Positions 1-10,590 of a stretch of DNA of 64,000 bases are shown in pieces; the stretch's first letter is position 1; every line of letters starts with the position of its first letter. The notes under the pieces are model-generated. The model saw only the letters and a list, made by a program, of their open reading frames with translations, was not told where the DNA came from and did no database searches. Source of the DNA: an uncultured Pseudomonadota bacterium. Lineage in GTDB: Bacteria; Pseudomonadota; Alphaproteobacteria; JACZXZ01. A program made the position numbers and the translations under genes. The stretch covers positions 1,120,001 through 1,184,000 of the forward strand of contig CAVVLJ010000017.1 in NCBI GenBank assembly GCA_963749075.1, written 5' to 3'.

Positions 1-5
1 AGATC

Positions 6-1043
6 ATGGCGTCGGCGGAGTTCAGCGAGCAGCAGCTCCAGCCGGCCTCGCTCGATCTTCGGCTCGGCTCGGCCGCCTACCGCGTGCGCGCGAGCTTCCT
101 TCCCGGCGAGGGCTTCACGGTCAAGGAGAAGATCGCCCTCTTCGGCATGCACAAGATCGATCTCGCGGCCGGCGCCGTGCTCGAGCGCGGCTGCGTCTAT
201 ATCGTGCCGCTGCTTGAGCATGTGGCGCTCTCGAGCCGCATCTCCGGCCTCGCCAACCCCAAGAGCTCGGTCGGCCGCCTCGATATCTTCACGCGCCTCA
301 TCACCGATTCCGCCACCGAGTTCGACCGCATCCCCGCGGGCTACGAGGGTCCGCTCTATGCCGAGATCTCGCCGCGCACCTTCTCGATCGTGGTGCGCCA
401 GGGCTCGCGCTTGAGCCAGCTCCGCGTGCGCCGCGGCTCGCCGAGCTACAGCGACGCCGAGCTCTATCGCCTCCAGGAGCAGCTCCAGCTCGTCGACCGC
501 CCGCTCGAGCCGCGCCACGTGCAGCGGGGGCTGCCCGTCACCGTCGAGCTCTCGGGCGAGCCGGGCGCCGACCTCGTGGGCTTCCGCGCCAAGAAGCACG
601 CCGATCTCATCGATCTCGACCGCATCGCCCACTACGAGCCGCTCGACTACTGGGAGCCGATCGCCGCCTCGCGCGAGCGCGCCATCATCCTCAACCCCGA
701 CGACTTCTACGTGCTGGCCTCCAAGGAGGCGGTCAACGTGCCGCCCGACCACGCCGCCGAGATGGTCGCCTACGACACCCTCGTCGGCGAGTTCCGCGTG
801 CATTACGCGGGCTTCTTCGATCCCGGCTTCGGCCATGCCGGAGAGGGGGCGCAGGGCACGCGCGCGGTGCTCGAGGTGCGCTCGCACGACGTGCCCTTCA
901 TGATCGAGGACGGCCAGCTCGTGGGACGCCTCGTCTACGAGCGCCTGACCGACGTGCCCGACAAGCTCTACGGCCCGGCGATCGGCTCCTCCTACCAGCG
1001 CCAGGGCCTGCAGCTCTCCAAGCAGTTCAAGCCGTTCGCCTAG
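6..1043 (+). CDS. dcd: dCTP deaminase (alphaproteobacterial two-domain type); true start may lie upstream of the window
   Basis: QPASLDLRLG, ANPKSSVGRLDIFTR, HYAGFFDPGFG and C-terminal SYQRQGLQLSKQF motifs. Confidence 0.92.
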   Translation: MASAEFSEQQLQPASLDLRLGSAAYRVRASFLPGEGFTVKEKIALFGMHKIDLAAGAVLERGCVYIVPLLEHVALSSRISGLANPKSSVGRLDIFTRLITDSATEFDRIPAGYEGPLYAEISPRTFSIVVRQGSRLSQLRVRRGSPSYSDAELYRLQEQLQLVDRPLEPRHVQRGLPVTVELSGEPGADLVGFRAKKHADLIDLDRIAHYEPLDYWEPIAASRERAIILNPDDFYVLASKEAVNVPPDHAAEMVAYDTLVGEFRVHYAGFFDPGFGHAGEGAQGTRAVLEVRSHDVPFMIEDGQLVGRLVYERLTDVPDKLYGPAIGSSYQRQGLQLSKQFKPFA

Positions 1044-1400
1044 CACCGGCTCAGAGAGGGTCGAGCAGGCGTCGATCTTGCACCCGAGGCGCAATGTTCG
1101 CGGATGAGCAGTCTATTGACAATGTCTGGCGCTCGCCGGTAGATTGGAAAGACTCGCAAACTATAGAATGGCCGGTATCGCTCGCAAGACTTACGAAGTC
1201 AGATGCCCGGTATTCGGGCTCATCAAGTTTTCAGGCCGGGAGTGCGAATTCATTTCGCCGCACGCGCTTTAGCGCTTGAGAGGGATACGCCAACTCGCGC
1301 GGCCAGCGGCCGCCTGACCATCGCGGGCACCTGCCCCCTGTCTCGCCGGCTTCTGTAGCGTCGTCGTGAAACGGTCGGACCGACCAGGGGGGACAAGGCC

Positions 1401-2213
1401 ATGAATGAATCCAGTCACCAATTGGGCTTCCTCAGAGAGCTGAGCTGGGGCCATATTCTTCTCGTCGTTGTCGTTCTGGTCGCTTGCCGTCTGCTCGTCC
1501 TCTTGGTGCGCAAGATCGTCCACCACGCCGCCGAAAGTGCGCCCTCGCACCGGCGCCTGATGATCTTGCGGCTGGCGCCCATCGCCCGGCTGCTGATCTG
1601 GCTCGGCGGCATCGCGATCATCGTTCCGCTTCTGCTCGAGCCCACCTTCGAGAACGTCGTGGCCCTCGTCGCGACCGTGGGCTTGGCGCTCGCCTTCGCG
1701 CTCAAGGATTACGTGAGCTGCGTGATCGCGGGGGTCGTGACGATCATCGAGAACACCTACCAGCCGGGCGACTGGATCGAGGTCGACGGCGCCTATGGCG
1801 AGGTGACGGCAATCGGCACCAGGGCCGTGTATATCGTGACGGCCGACGACACCGAGGTGATCATTCCGCACGCCCGCATCTGGTCGGCCAACATGTTCAA
1901 TGCCAGCGGCGGCAAGCGAAGCCTTCTGTGCGTGACGAATTTCTACCTTCACGCCGACCACGACGGCGCCGCCGTGCGCCAAGCGCTCGTCGAAACCGGC
2001 GAAACCAGCCGCTATCGGAAGCCGGAGGAGCCGGTGAAGGTGATGGCGTCCGAGGCGCCCTGGGGCACGCGCTACAAGATCAAGGCCTACGTGGCCGAAA
2101 GCCGCGAGCAGTTCGCCATGATCACCGATCTGACGATCCGCGGCAAAGCACGGCTCCGCGCCATGGGCGTCGCATTCGCCCAGGTGCCCTATGCCGAGGG
2201 CTTACGCGGCTGA
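1401..2213 (+). CDS. MscS-family mechanosensitive ion channel
   Basis: Three N-terminal hydrophobic helices, then ALAFALKD...YQPGDWIEVDGAYGEVTAIGTR MscS core. Confidence 0.88.
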   Translation: MNESSHQLGFLRELSWGHILLVVVVLVACRLLVLLVRKIVHHAAESAPSHRRLMILRLAPIARLLIWLGGIAIIVPLLLEPTFENVVALVATVGLALAFALKDYVSCVIAGVVTIIENTYQPGDWIEVDGAYGEVTAIGTRAVYIVTADDTEVIIPHARIWSANMFNASGGKRSLLCVTNFYLHADHDGAAVRQALVETGETSRYRKPEEPVKVMASEAPWGTRYKIKAYVAESREQFAMITDLTIRGKARLRAMGVAFAQVPYAEGLRG

Positions 2214-2342
2214 GGACCGCGACCCGCTGCCGGCAGAGCTTGACGAGCGCGGGCCGAGCCTGTAGAAAGCCCGCTCGCCGGGCTGGGATTGGGCCCGGTC
2301 TCGCTTTCCGCTCAAAGGCTTAGTGCCCCGAAGGACCTTGCC

Positions 2343-2639
2343 ATGTCGCGACGCTGCATGATGACCGGTGTGGGCATCCAATACGGCAACAATGTGAGCC
2401 ACGCCAACAACCGCACGCGGCGGCGTTTTCTGCCGAATTTGCAGCGCGCCTCCTTGATGAGCGAGGCGCTCGGCTCGACCGTGCGCGTGCGCCTCGCCAC
2501 CTCGGCGCTGAGGACCATCGAGCATCGCGGCGGCCTCGATGCCTTCCTCCTCTCCACCTCCGACAGCGAGCTCTCGGACGAGGCGCGGCGGATCAAGCGC
2601 CGCATCGAGCGCGCCAAGGCGAAGCCTCCGGCGGCCTGA
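2343..2639 (+). CDS. rpmB: 50S ribosomal protein L28
   Basis: MSRRCMMTG...[20 protein letters not shown]; AAGGA RBS before ATG 2343. Confidence 0.97.
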   Translation: MSRRCMMTGVGIQYGNNVSHANNRTRRRFLPNLQRASLMSEALGSTVRVRLATSALRTIEHRGGLDAFLLSTSDSELSDEARRIKRRIERAKAKPPAA

Positions 2640-2700
2640 GCGGCCGGCGCCAAAGGGGCGGAGGAAAGGCCCGCACCCTCAAGGCCCTTTGCCTCACGGC

Positions 2701-3429
2701 TTATTTCTTATGCAGCTCGGCGATGACCGCGGGGTTCTGCGCGTAGACGCCGACCGCCTCGCCCTGCGCGAGCACCAGTCCCTCCATGGCTTTCACCGCG
2801 TCGGGACCGGTGAAGGGGCCGGAAAGGTTGAGGGACGCCGCGCTCAAGGCATAGACCGTGAAGTGGTAGTGGTGGGGGATCTCGTCGTTCCAAGGCGGGC
2901 ACGGCCCGTCATAGCCGAAATACTGCCCCTTCATCTGCTCGTTGGCGGCGAACGCCTTGGTGTAGTCGTTGAGGCCGCGCACTCCGACCTTGCTCGGAGT
3001 CTGCGGCTTGCCGTTCACCACGCGGCTCGCGGAGTCCTCGCCGGCCGCAAGCCTTCTGACATTGGGCGCGATATCGACCAGGACCCAGTGGAAAAACGTC
3101 ACGCGCGGCATAGTGGCCGAGAGCGTCTTGCCTTCCTGGTTCATGTCGGTGCGGATCGACGGCACGTCGGGGTCGGTCGCAATGATGGCGTAGGACTGCG
3201 TACCCGCCGGGCCCTTCGTCCACGAGATGCGCGGGCTGATGTCCGCCCCGGGCTTGACGTGACCTTCCGTCGCAGGATTGCAGAAGGCGTATCTGTCGGG
3301 AATGGTCTTGACGCGGGTAAACGAATCGACGCTCACCTTAAGCGCCTGAGCGAGCGCCGGCGGCGTCGCCAACATTGCCGCCGCGGCGGCCGCGAGCAGC
3401 CCGCAGGCCGCCATCTTGATCTTTGCCAT
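2701..3429 (-). CDS. Secreted YbhB/YbcL (PEBP/RKIP-like) family protein
   Basis: Signal peptide; DPDVP, FFHWVLVDI, GYDGPCPP, HHYHFTVYAL motifs. Confidence 0.9.
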   Translation of the reverse strand: MAKIKMAACGLLAAAAAAMLATPPALAQALKVSVDSFTRVKTIPDRYAFCNPATEGHVKPGADISPRISWTKGPAGTQSYAIIATDPDVPSIRTDMNQEGKTLSATMPRVTFFHWVLVDIAPNVRRLAAGEDSASRVVNGKPQTPSKVGVRGLNDYTKAFAANEQMKGQYFGYDGPCPPWNDEIPHHYHFTVYALSAASLNLSGPFTGPDAVKAMEGLVLAQGEAVGVYAQNPAVIAELHKK

Positions 3430-3597
3430 GTCGTCCTCCCTTTGCGCCCGGCGTTGCGGGCAGAATAGATCGCCGTGCTCGGTTCCCGGCGCCCGATCGC
3501 GTTGCCCTGCATGCAGCGCGGATCGGCGCTCGCTGTCAAGCGGAATAGCCCGCTCGAGCGACCTCGTGCGCTTGAACCGCCGTCTTTTCCATTGCAC

Positions 3598-3619
3598 GGC
3601 AGTGTCTCAGTTTGAATTT
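3598..3619. mobile_element. Solo terminal-repeat-like end of an IS1-like element
   Basis: GGCAGTGTCTCAGTTTGAATTT matches 18/22 with GGTAGTGGGTAAGTTTGAATTT at 31576-31597. Confidence 0.45.
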
Positions 3620-3707
3620 CCACAAGCGCGATGAAGTATCGTCCCTCTCCTCCTTCAGGAGGCTACGGGATGCACACATCTCGAGGAGGCTTGCAGGACC
3701 GCCGTGG

Positions 3708-3819
3708 GTCCTTCGAGACGCGCCCCTTCGGGACGCTCCTCAGGATGAGGCAGATTTGTGTGTGGCAGAAAGACTTAACCTCATCCTGAGGAGCGAGCGC
3801 AGCGAGCGTCTCGAAGGAC
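3708..3819. repeat. Inverted doublet of REP-like palindromes (CTCATCCTGAGGAG...CGTCTCGAAGGA family)
   Basis: 3708-3750 GTCCTTCGAGACG..CTCCTCAGGATGAGG and 3779-3819 CCTCATCCTGAGGAG..CGTCTCGAAGGAC; same family as 19084-19132 and 19481-19522. Confidence 0.85.
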
Positions 3820-3990
3820 GCACCGCAGCCAGTGCCGAGGCCCCTTTGACCGCGCGACACCGCGATTTGCCGGTGATATTCGGACTGACCGACCAGATCA
3901 AGCGTCCCGCAGCTGAAGGAGGAGGTGGCGATGCGTCGATCTCTTCGGCGGCAAGATGGAAAACGTCGACGAGACACTGCTCAGCGGCGC

Positions 3991-4414
3991 ATGGACCCCA
4001 AGGCGGCGCTCGACACCGTCATGAGCTGGATCCTGGTTCAAGGAGAACCCAAGCGCAACGGAAGGTGGCGAGACGGCTGGGCTTCGGCGGCGGCTGGTCG
4101 CTGAACGCCTCCCTCGCGACGCCGGTCAATGCCACGGTCATCTATTACGGCAACGTCAAGAAGACCGCCGAGGAGCTGGCGCCCCTGCAGAGCCCGGTGC
4201 TCATGCACTACGGCCTTCAGGACAAGTGGATCAACACCGAGATGGTCAAGGGTTTCGAGGCCGAGGCGAAGAAAGCGAATAAGGACGTGACCGTCTACGC
4301 CTACGACGCCAATCACCAGTTCGCCAACCCGACAGGTGCGTCCTTTCCCTACGTCAAGGAGGCGGCCGACCTCGTCTGGACGCGCAGCTCGCGTTCCTCA
4401 AGACGTACGATTAG
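3991..4414 (+). pseudogene. 5'-truncated, frameshifted dienelactone hydrolase family remnant
   Basis: GFGGGWSLNASL...VIYYG...PVLMHYG...YDANHQFANP; the nucleophile-elbow region is broken by indels and the N-terminus is missing. Confidence 0.7.
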
Positions 4415-4434
4415 CGCGGCAAATCTTTGCGCAG

Positions 4435-4527
4435 CCCACCCCCCTCCCTAACCCTCCCCCTCAAGGGGGAGGGGAAATGTAGGGCACAACGACAAACCTC
4501 CCCCTCCCCCTTGAAGGGGGAGGGGGT
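4435..4527. repeat. Second REP-like family: two CCCTCCCCC-N4/5-GGGGGAGGG hairpins
   Basis: Hairpins at 4452-4473 (loop TCAA) and 4501-4526 (loop TTGA) in inverted arrangement. Confidence 0.7.
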
Positions 4528-4590
4528 GACGCACGCTTCAGCGACGGCAAGTCGCAGGGGCGATCGCGGGCGCCGCGCGGGAGCCGGGGG

Positions 4591-6495
4591 CTAGGCCCCT
4601 TCAGCCTTTCGCGCGGCTGCTCGCACCGCGCGCGGGAGCCGGGGTGCGGGCGCGCCCTTGGCGGTCTGCTCGTCGAAGAGCTCGGTCAGCTTCTCCATCA
4701 TGGTGCCGCCGAGCTGCTCGGCGTCCACGATGGTGACGGCGCGGCTGTAGTAGCGCGTCACGTCGTGGCCGATGCCGATGGCGACGAGCTCGACGGGCGA
4801 GCACGCCTCGATCCAGTCGATCACGTCGCGCAAGTGGCGCTCGAGGTAGTTGCCGGGGTTGACCGAGAGCGTCGAATCGTCGACAGGTGCTCCGTCCGAG
4901 ATCACCATGAGGATGCGCCGCTGCTCGGAGCGCGCGATCAGCCGGTTGTGCGCCCAGAGGAGCGCCTCGCCGTCGATGTTCTCCTTGAGGATGCCCTCGC
5001 GCAGCATGAGGCCCAAGCTCTTGCGCGCGCGCCGCCAGGGCGCGTCCGCCGACTTGTAGACGATGTGGCGCAGGTCATTGAGGCGCCCGGGGTTGGCCGG
5101 CTTGCCGTCGGCGAGCCACTTCTCGCGCGCCTGCCCGCCCTTCCACGCGCGCGTGGTGAAGCCGAGGATCTCGACCTTGACGGCGCAGCGCTCGAGCGTG
5201 CGGGCGAGGATGTCGGCGCTCATGGCGGCGACCGTGATGGGCCGGCCGCGCATCGAGCCCGAGTTGTCGATGAGAAGCGACACGGCCGTGTCGCGGAACT
5301 CGGTCTCGCGCTCGATCTTGTAGGAGAGCGGATAGACCGGGTTGACCACGACGCGCGAGAGGCGCGCGGTGTCGAGGATGCCCTCCTCCACGTCGAAGTC
5401 CCAGGCGCGCTGCTGCTTGGCCATGAGCTTGCGCTGCAGGCGGTTGGCGAGCCGCGTGGTGACGCCCTGGAGGTGCGAGAGCTGCTGGTCGAGATGCATC
5501 CTAAGCCGCGCGAGCTCCTGCGGATCGCACAGCTTGTCGGCCTCGACCAGCTCGTCGAACTGCGTGGTGAAGGCGCGGTAGGGCGGCTCGCCGCGGGCGT
5601 TGCGCAGCTCGCTGTTGGGGCGGAAGGAGCGGCCGGGCCGCGTCGAATCGTCGTCGCCCGAGCCCGGCATCATCTCGCCGTCGGTCTCGCCCGCATCGGC
5701 CTCGCTGCCGTCTCGGCCGGCACCCTCCTCGACCTCTTGCGACATGCCGGTTGAGGCACTCGAGCCCTCGCTGTCGCCGGCCTCCGATTGCGCGTCGGCG
5801 GCGTTGTCCTTGCCCTCGGAGTTCTCGTCCTCCTCCATCTCGCTCTCCGCCGAGTCCTGCTCGTCGAGCGAGAGGTCGCGGATGAGCTGGCGCGCCCCAT
5901 CGGCGTAGCGGCCCTGGTCCGCGATCGCGTGGGCGAGCTGGGAGAGATCCTTGCCGACCTTGCCCTCGAGCGAGCCGCGCCACAGCTCGACCATGTGGCG
6001 GGCGGAGGGCGGCGGGCTCTCGCCGGTGAGCGCCTCGCGCGCGAGGAGGCCGATCACGTCGGCGAGGGGCGCATCCTCCTTGGTGCGGATGCGGCTATAG
6101 CCGCGCTGGCGGCACTCCTCGACGTGGGCAGCTGCGAGGTTGCTCTGCACCCCCGCCATGCGCCGCGCGCCGAGCGCCTCGACGCGCACCTGCTCGATGG
6201 CGTCGAAGATGGCGCGCGAGGTCGGACCCGCGGGCTGCCGCCGGGCGTGAAGGGCGCTGTCGTGGTAGCGCAGGCGAAGGGCGAAGCCGTCGGCCGAGCC
6301 GCGCACCACCGCCACCTCGCCCGCCGGCAGCTCGCGCGACGGCATGGGGAGGCGCGCCTGGGCGCCGGTCATGGACGGCCGGTCGGGCGAGAAGGCGACG
6401 TTCGCCTCGGGCTCGCGCGAGATCGCCCGCATGCAGGCGGCGGTGACCTGGCGGAACTCCTCGAGCGGGTTGTCCTGGCGGCGGTCGGCAGCCAT
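4591..6495 (-). CDS. cobT: Cobaltochelatase subunit CobT
   Basis: Acidic linker and C-terminal vWA domain ([20 protein letters not shown]); adjacent to cobS. Confidence 0.95.
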   Translation of the reverse strand: MAADRRQDNPLEEFRQVTAACMRAISREPEANVAFSPDRPSMTGAQARLPMPSRELPAGEVAVVRGSADGFALRLRYHDSALHARRQPAGPTSRAIFDAIEQVRVEALGARRMAGVQSNLAAAHVEECRQRGYSRIRTKEDAPLADVIGLLAREALTGESPPPSARHMVELWRGSLEGKVGKDLSQLAHAIADQGRYADGARQLIRDLSLDEQDSAESEMEEDENSEGKDNAADAQSEAGDSEGSSASTGMSQEVEEGAGRDGSEADAGETDGEMMPGSGDDDSTRPGRSFRPNSELRNARGEPPYRAFTTQFDELVEADKLCDPQELARLRMHLDQQLSHLQGVTTRLANRLQRKLMAKQQRAWDFDVEEGILDTARLSRVVVNPVYPLSYKIERETEFRDTAVSLLIDNSGSMRGRPITVAAMSADILARTLERCAVKVEILGFTTRAWKGGQAREKWLADGKPANPGRLNDLRHIVYKSADAPWRRARKSLGLMLREGILKENIDGEALLWAHNRLIARSEQRRILMVISDGAPVDDSTLSVNPGNYLERHLRDVIDWIEACSPVELVAIGIGHDVTRYYSRAVTIVDAEQLGGTMMEKLTELFDEQTAKGAPAPRLPRAVRAAARKAEGA

Positions 6496-6499
6496 GGCA

Positions 6500-7478
6500 C
6501 TACGTGAGGTGGGCCTTGGCCGAGGACTCCGGCAGCTCGCTGCCGAAGCAGCGCTGGTAATATTCGGCGACGATGGCGCGCTCGGCCTCGTCGCACTTGT
6601 TGAGGAAGGTGACGCGGAAGCCGAAGCCGATGTCGTGGAAGATCTCGGCGTTCTCCGCCCAGGTCAGCACCGTGCGCGGCGACATCACGGTCGAGATGTC
6701 GCCGGCGATGAAGCCGCTGCGCGTGAGATCGGCGAGCGCCACCATGGCGCTGATCTGCTTGCGGCCCTCCTCGCTGTCGTAGCTCGGCGCCTTGGCGGTG
6801 ACGATCGCCACCTCCTCCTCATGGGGCAGGTAGTTGAGGGTGGCGACGATGTTCCAGCGGTCCATCTGGCCCTGGTTGATCTGCTGGGTGCCGTGGTAGA
6901 GGCCGGTGGTGTCGCCCAGCCCGATGGTGTTGGTGGTGGCGAAGAGGCGGAAGGCCGGGTGCGGCCGGATCACGCGGTTCTGGTCGAGGAGGGTGAGCTT
7001 GCCCTCGACCTCGAGCACGCGCTGGATGACGAACATGACGTCGGGCCGGCCGGCGTCGTACTCGTCGAACACCAGCGCCGTCGGGCGCTGCAATGCCCAC
7101 GGCAAGAGGCCCTCGCGGAACTCGGTCACCTGCTTGCCCTCGCGGATGACGATGGCGTCCTTGCCCACGAGATCGATGCGGCTGATGTGGCTGTCGAGAT
7201 TGACGCGGACGCAGGGCCAGTTGAGCCGCGAGGCCACCTGCTCGATGTGCGTCGACTTGCCGGTGCCGTGATAGCCCTGGATGATGACCCGGCGGTTGTA
7301 GGCGAAGCCGGCGAGGATCGCGAGCGTTGTGTCGCGATCGAAGCGGTAGACCTCGTCAAAGTCCGGCACCAGCTCGCTCGGCTGGCTGAAGGCCGGGCAC
7401 TCCATGTCGACGTTCGATGCCGAAGGTCTGCCGCACGGAGACCTTGATGTCGGGGAGCCCGACCGGCGGGGATTCCAT
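6500..7478 (-). CDS. cobS: Cobaltochelatase subunit CobS (AAA+); apparent +1 frameshift near 7413
   Basis: GYHGTGKS Walker [10 protein letters not shown]; the upstream frame [21 protein letters not shown] joins if one A is removed from ATC-GAAC-GTC. Confidence 0.93.
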
Positions 7479-7542
7479 CTTCCCCGGTTGCAGTGTGGCG
7501 CTCATTCTGCCGTTCCAACGGTTGCGGGAAATGAGATGCCTA

Positions 7543-8121
7543 TCACGCAGGCACGCTGCCCTTCAAGGTCGTGTAGGCCTGGTTGATCACTTTGAGACGC
7601 TCCTCGGCGAGCTTGTCGCCGCCGTGGCGGTCGGGGTGGTGGAGCTTCACCAGCTCCTTATAGCGGGCCTTGACCACCTTGAGCGTCACCGGACCGGCAA
7701 GCTCGAAGACCGCGAGCGCCTCCTCCTCGGCGGCACTCCGCCGCGGGGCGCGATCGGCCGTACGGCGCTCGGTGCGGGCCTCCTCCTCGAAGAACTCGAA
7801 GAAGTCGCGCCAGCGCTGGCGCTCGCCGCGGCCGGCGCGGAAGGAGCCCAGGCCCAAGGGCCAGGTCGGCCGCTCCCACACCGTGTCGCGCCGGCGGGTG
7901 AGTTCGATCTCGCGCTCGCCCATGCCGGCGAAATAGTTCCAGCTCAGATTGTAGGCGCGCACGTGCTCGAGGCAGAACCAGTAGTAGTCGGTCAAGCGCT
8001 CGCGGTCCTTGGGCGCGCGGTAGAGCCCCTCCTCGGCGCACTCCGGATGGTCGCAGCGGCGCAAGTGGACTTGCGTCTCCGCCGCCCAAGGGTCGATCCC
8101 GATGTGCGCCTCTTTGTGCAT
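7543..8121 (-). CDS. DnaJ-domain protein (C-terminal J domain)
   Basis: CDHPEC...YYWFCLEHVRAYN N-terminus; KLHHPDRHGG J-domain motif; usual cobS-dnaJ-bolA synteny. Confidence 0.88.
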   Translation of the reverse strand: MHKEAHIGIDPWAAETQVHLRRCDHPECAEEGLYRAPKDRERLTDYYWFCLEHVRAYNLSWNYFAGMGEREIELTRRRDTVWERPTWPLGLGSFRAGRGERQRWRDFFEFFEEEARTERRTADRAPRRSAAEEEALAVFELAGPVTLKVVKARYKELVKLHHPDRHGGDKLAEERLKVINQAYTTLKGSVPA

Positions 8122-8294
8122 GTGCACAGTATGGGGCGGCGCCCGGCGCCAAGCAAGCCTCGGAGGGAGCCTCGGGGGGAGACCGCGTGGCGAAACGGCG
8201 GGCGAAGCCGGCGGGGCGAGACGGCTTGACGCAAGGCGCCGGGCGCCACAGTTATGCGCCAGCCGCGAGTTCGCCGTCCGCCCCGGAGGCTCCG

Positions 8295-8576
8295 ATGGAA
8301 ATGGCCGCACGCATCCGCGCCAAGCTCGACGCAGCACTCACGCCCGAGCGCCTCGAGATCATCGACGAGTCGGCACGCCATGCCGGTCACGCCGGCGCCA
8401 GGCCCGGCGGCGAGACGCACTTCCGCGTCGAGATCGTCTCCGCCGCCTTCGCGGGCGAGCGCCAGCTCGCGCGCCAGCGCCGCGTCTATGCCATCCTCAA
8501 GGACGAGCTTGAGGACAGCGTCCATGCCCTCTCGCTCTCGACGCTCACTCCCGGCGAAGCGGCCGGGCGCAGCTGA
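8295..8576 (+). CDS. bolA: BolA family protein
   Basis: DESARHAGH...GETHFRVEIVS..F.G..QLARQRRVY..L..VHAL. Confidence 0.93.
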   Translation: MEMAARIRAKLDAALTPERLEIIDESARHAGHAGARPGGETHFRVEIVSAAFAGERQLARQRRVYAILKDELEDSVHALSLSTLTPGEAAGRS

Positions 8577-8603
8577 GTGCGCGCCCCGCACAGTGAGGCC
8601 GCC

Positions 8604-9170
8604 TCAGCTCCCCGTGTAATAGTCCGGCCAATAACGCTTCACCACCTCGCTGTCGCTCGCAAGCGCGCGGCAGGAATCGATGAGATCGGGCCGGCCGCGC
8701 CGATCGTGGCCGAGCGTCTCGCCGTGCTCGCGCGCGCGCTTCTCGCGCGCCGGGAAGATCGACTGGAAGGCGGTGGTGGCAATCGGCCACAGGAGCTCGA
8801 CGAGGTGGGTGCAGCCCTTGACGCCGCCGACCCGCTCGCGCACCTGGCGGCGCCAGCCGGGCCCGATGCGCAGGCCCTTGAGCGCCGCGAAGGCAGGGGT
8901 GACGCTCGGGCAGAGGTGGAAGGGGTGGAAGTCGCTCGAGGCCTCGACCTCGTGGATCAAGAGGTCCTCGTCGACGGTGACCCTGAGCCACATCTCGTGC
9001 ACCGGCACGCCCGCCGGAACGGTGCCGCGATAGTCGCTCTCCCAGCCGTAGGTCTTGGTGTCGACCAGGTGGCCCTCGATGTCCCACAGGCCGTCCTTGC
9101 GCTGGTAGCCGCGGCACTCGATGCGCCGCGTATGGATGTGCTCGCGCTCGCTCGCTGGGCTTAATGGCAT
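8604..9170 (-). CDS. DUF2889-family protein
   Basis: HTRRIECRGYQRKDGLWDIEGHL, VHEMWLRVTVD, GCTHLVELL, LIDSCRAL. Confidence 0.8.
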   Translation of the reverse strand: MPLSPASEREHIHTRRIECRGYQRKDGLWDIEGHLVDTKTYGWESDYRGTVPAGVPVHEMWLRVTVDEDLLIHEVEASSDFHPFHLCPSVTPAFAALKGLRIGPGWRRQVRERVGGVKGCTHLVELLWPIATTAFQSIFPAREKRAREHGETLGHDRRGRPDLIDSCRALASDSEVVKRYWPDYYTGS

Positions 9171-9253
9171 GGTCCGACCGCTGTTGTTGCACTGCAATAT
9201 AAGCGCCGGGAACCGCGCGTCAAGCGGAGCGGGCTTGGCGCCGGCGCAGGTGC

Positions 9254-10576
9254 CTACTTCCCCTCCTCGAGCGGCGGCGGGGTCAAGCGGATGGCGGTGA
9301 TCTGGTTGCGCTGGCGGCGCAGGATCTCGAAGCGGAAGCCGAAGAAGGTGAAGATCTGCCCCGGCTCGGGGATGGCGCGCGCCTGGTGCATGACGAGGCC
9401 GGCGAGGGTCGAGGCCTCGGTGTCCGGCAGGCGCCAGTCGAACTCGCGGTTGAGATCGCGGATGGTGACGCTGCCGTCGATCACGAAGGAGCCGCCCGGC
9501 TCGGGCGTGACGCCGGTGCGCACGGCCGCTCCCGCCTCGGGCTTGGCGCCGTGCGCGGCGGCCACGCGCTCCTGCGTGATGTCGCCCACGATCTCCTCGA
9601 GGATGTCCTCGAGCGTCACGATGCCGAGCCAGCTGCCGTACTCGTCGACCACGAGGGCGATGTGCTCGCGCCGCTTGCGGAAGGCGCGCAGCTGGTCGAG
9701 AAGCGTCGTCGCCTCGGGGATGAACCAGGGTTTGACGACCGCACCCTCGAGCTCGCGCCGCTCGAGGCTGCCGGGATGCCGGCTGAGTGCCGCGAGCAAC
9801 GCCTTGCCGTGCAGCACGCCCACGATGTTGTCCGGCTCGCCGCGCCAGACCGGGATGCGCGAATAGGGGCTCTCCGCCGCCTCGGCGAGGATGCGCTCGG
9901 TCGGCAGGTCCGCCTCGATGGTCCTGACGCTCTTGCGGTGGATCATGATCTCGCCGACCTGGACCTCGTCGAGGTCGAGCACGCTCCTCAGCATGCGCCG
10001 CTCCTCGGCCAGCTCGGGCTCCGGGCCGTGATGGAGCTCGATGGCGCCGCGCAGCTCCTCCTCGCGATGCAGGCCGGAGGCCCCGCCCTCGGCCCTTACG
10101 CCGAAGAGACGCAGCAGCACGCGCACCACCACCTCGATGCCATGGGTGATCGGCCCGAAGAGCCGCATGATCGCGCGCACGGCGGGTGCCGTGGCGAGCG
10201 CCACCCGGTCGGCATGGTTGAGCGCGTAGGTCTTGGGCAGCACCTCGCCGAAGAGCAGCACGAGCGTCGTCATGACGAGGGTCGCATAGGCCACGCCGGC
10301 ATGGCCGAACCAGTCGATCAGCAGGCTCGTCGCCAGCGCCGAAGCGAGGATGTTGGCGAGATTATTGCCGAGGAGGATGGCGCCGATGAGCCGCTCCTTG
10401 GCCTGGCGCAGCTGGTTGACCAGGCGCGCGCGCTCGTTGCCGCGGCGCTCGAGCGCGTGCATGCGCGGCCGCGAGGCGCCGGTGATCGCCGTCTCCGAGG
10501 CCGCGAAGAAGGCCGAGGCGAGGAGCAGCGCCAGGATGAGAGCGAGCGTGCCGGCGAGTGCCCAATCGAAGCTCAC
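9254..10576 (-). CDS. HlyC/CorC (CNNM-CBS-CorC) family transporter
   Basis: SAFFAASETA, LLGNNLANI, FGEVLPKT, CBS pair YSRIPV and VVDEYG...GIVTLEDILEEIVG. Confidence 0.92.
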   Translation of the reverse strand: MSFDWALAGTLALILALLLASAFFAASETAITGASRPRMHALERRGNERARLVNQLRQAKERLIGAILLGNNLANILASALATSLLIDWFGHAGVAYATLVMTTLVLLFGEVLPKTYALNHADRVALATAPAVRAIMRLFGPITHGIEVVVRVLLRLFGVRAEGGASGLHREEELRGAIELHHGPEPELAEERRMLRSVLDLDEVQVGEIMIHRKSVRTIEADLPTERILAEAAESPYSRIPVWRGEPDNIVGVLHGKALLAALSRHPGSLERRELEGAVVKPWFIPEATTLLDQLRAFRKRREHIALVVDEYGSWLGIVTLEDILEEIVGDITQERVAAAHGAKPEAGAAVRTGVTPEPGGSFVIDGSVTIRDLNREFDWRLPDTEASTLAGLVMHQARAIPEPGQIFTFFGFRFEILRRQRNQITAIRLTPPPLEEGK

Positions 10577-10590
10577 GGCGGCGTCCGCGC

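Noticed and set aside
1044-1400. Lower-GC spacer with a 61-aa ORF between dcd and mscS
   Set aside because: No recognisable motif, RBS or repeat; probably a decayed remnant
3612-4451. 279-aa ORF in the track
   Set aside because: Read-through across REP repeats into a hydrolase remnant; not one real gene
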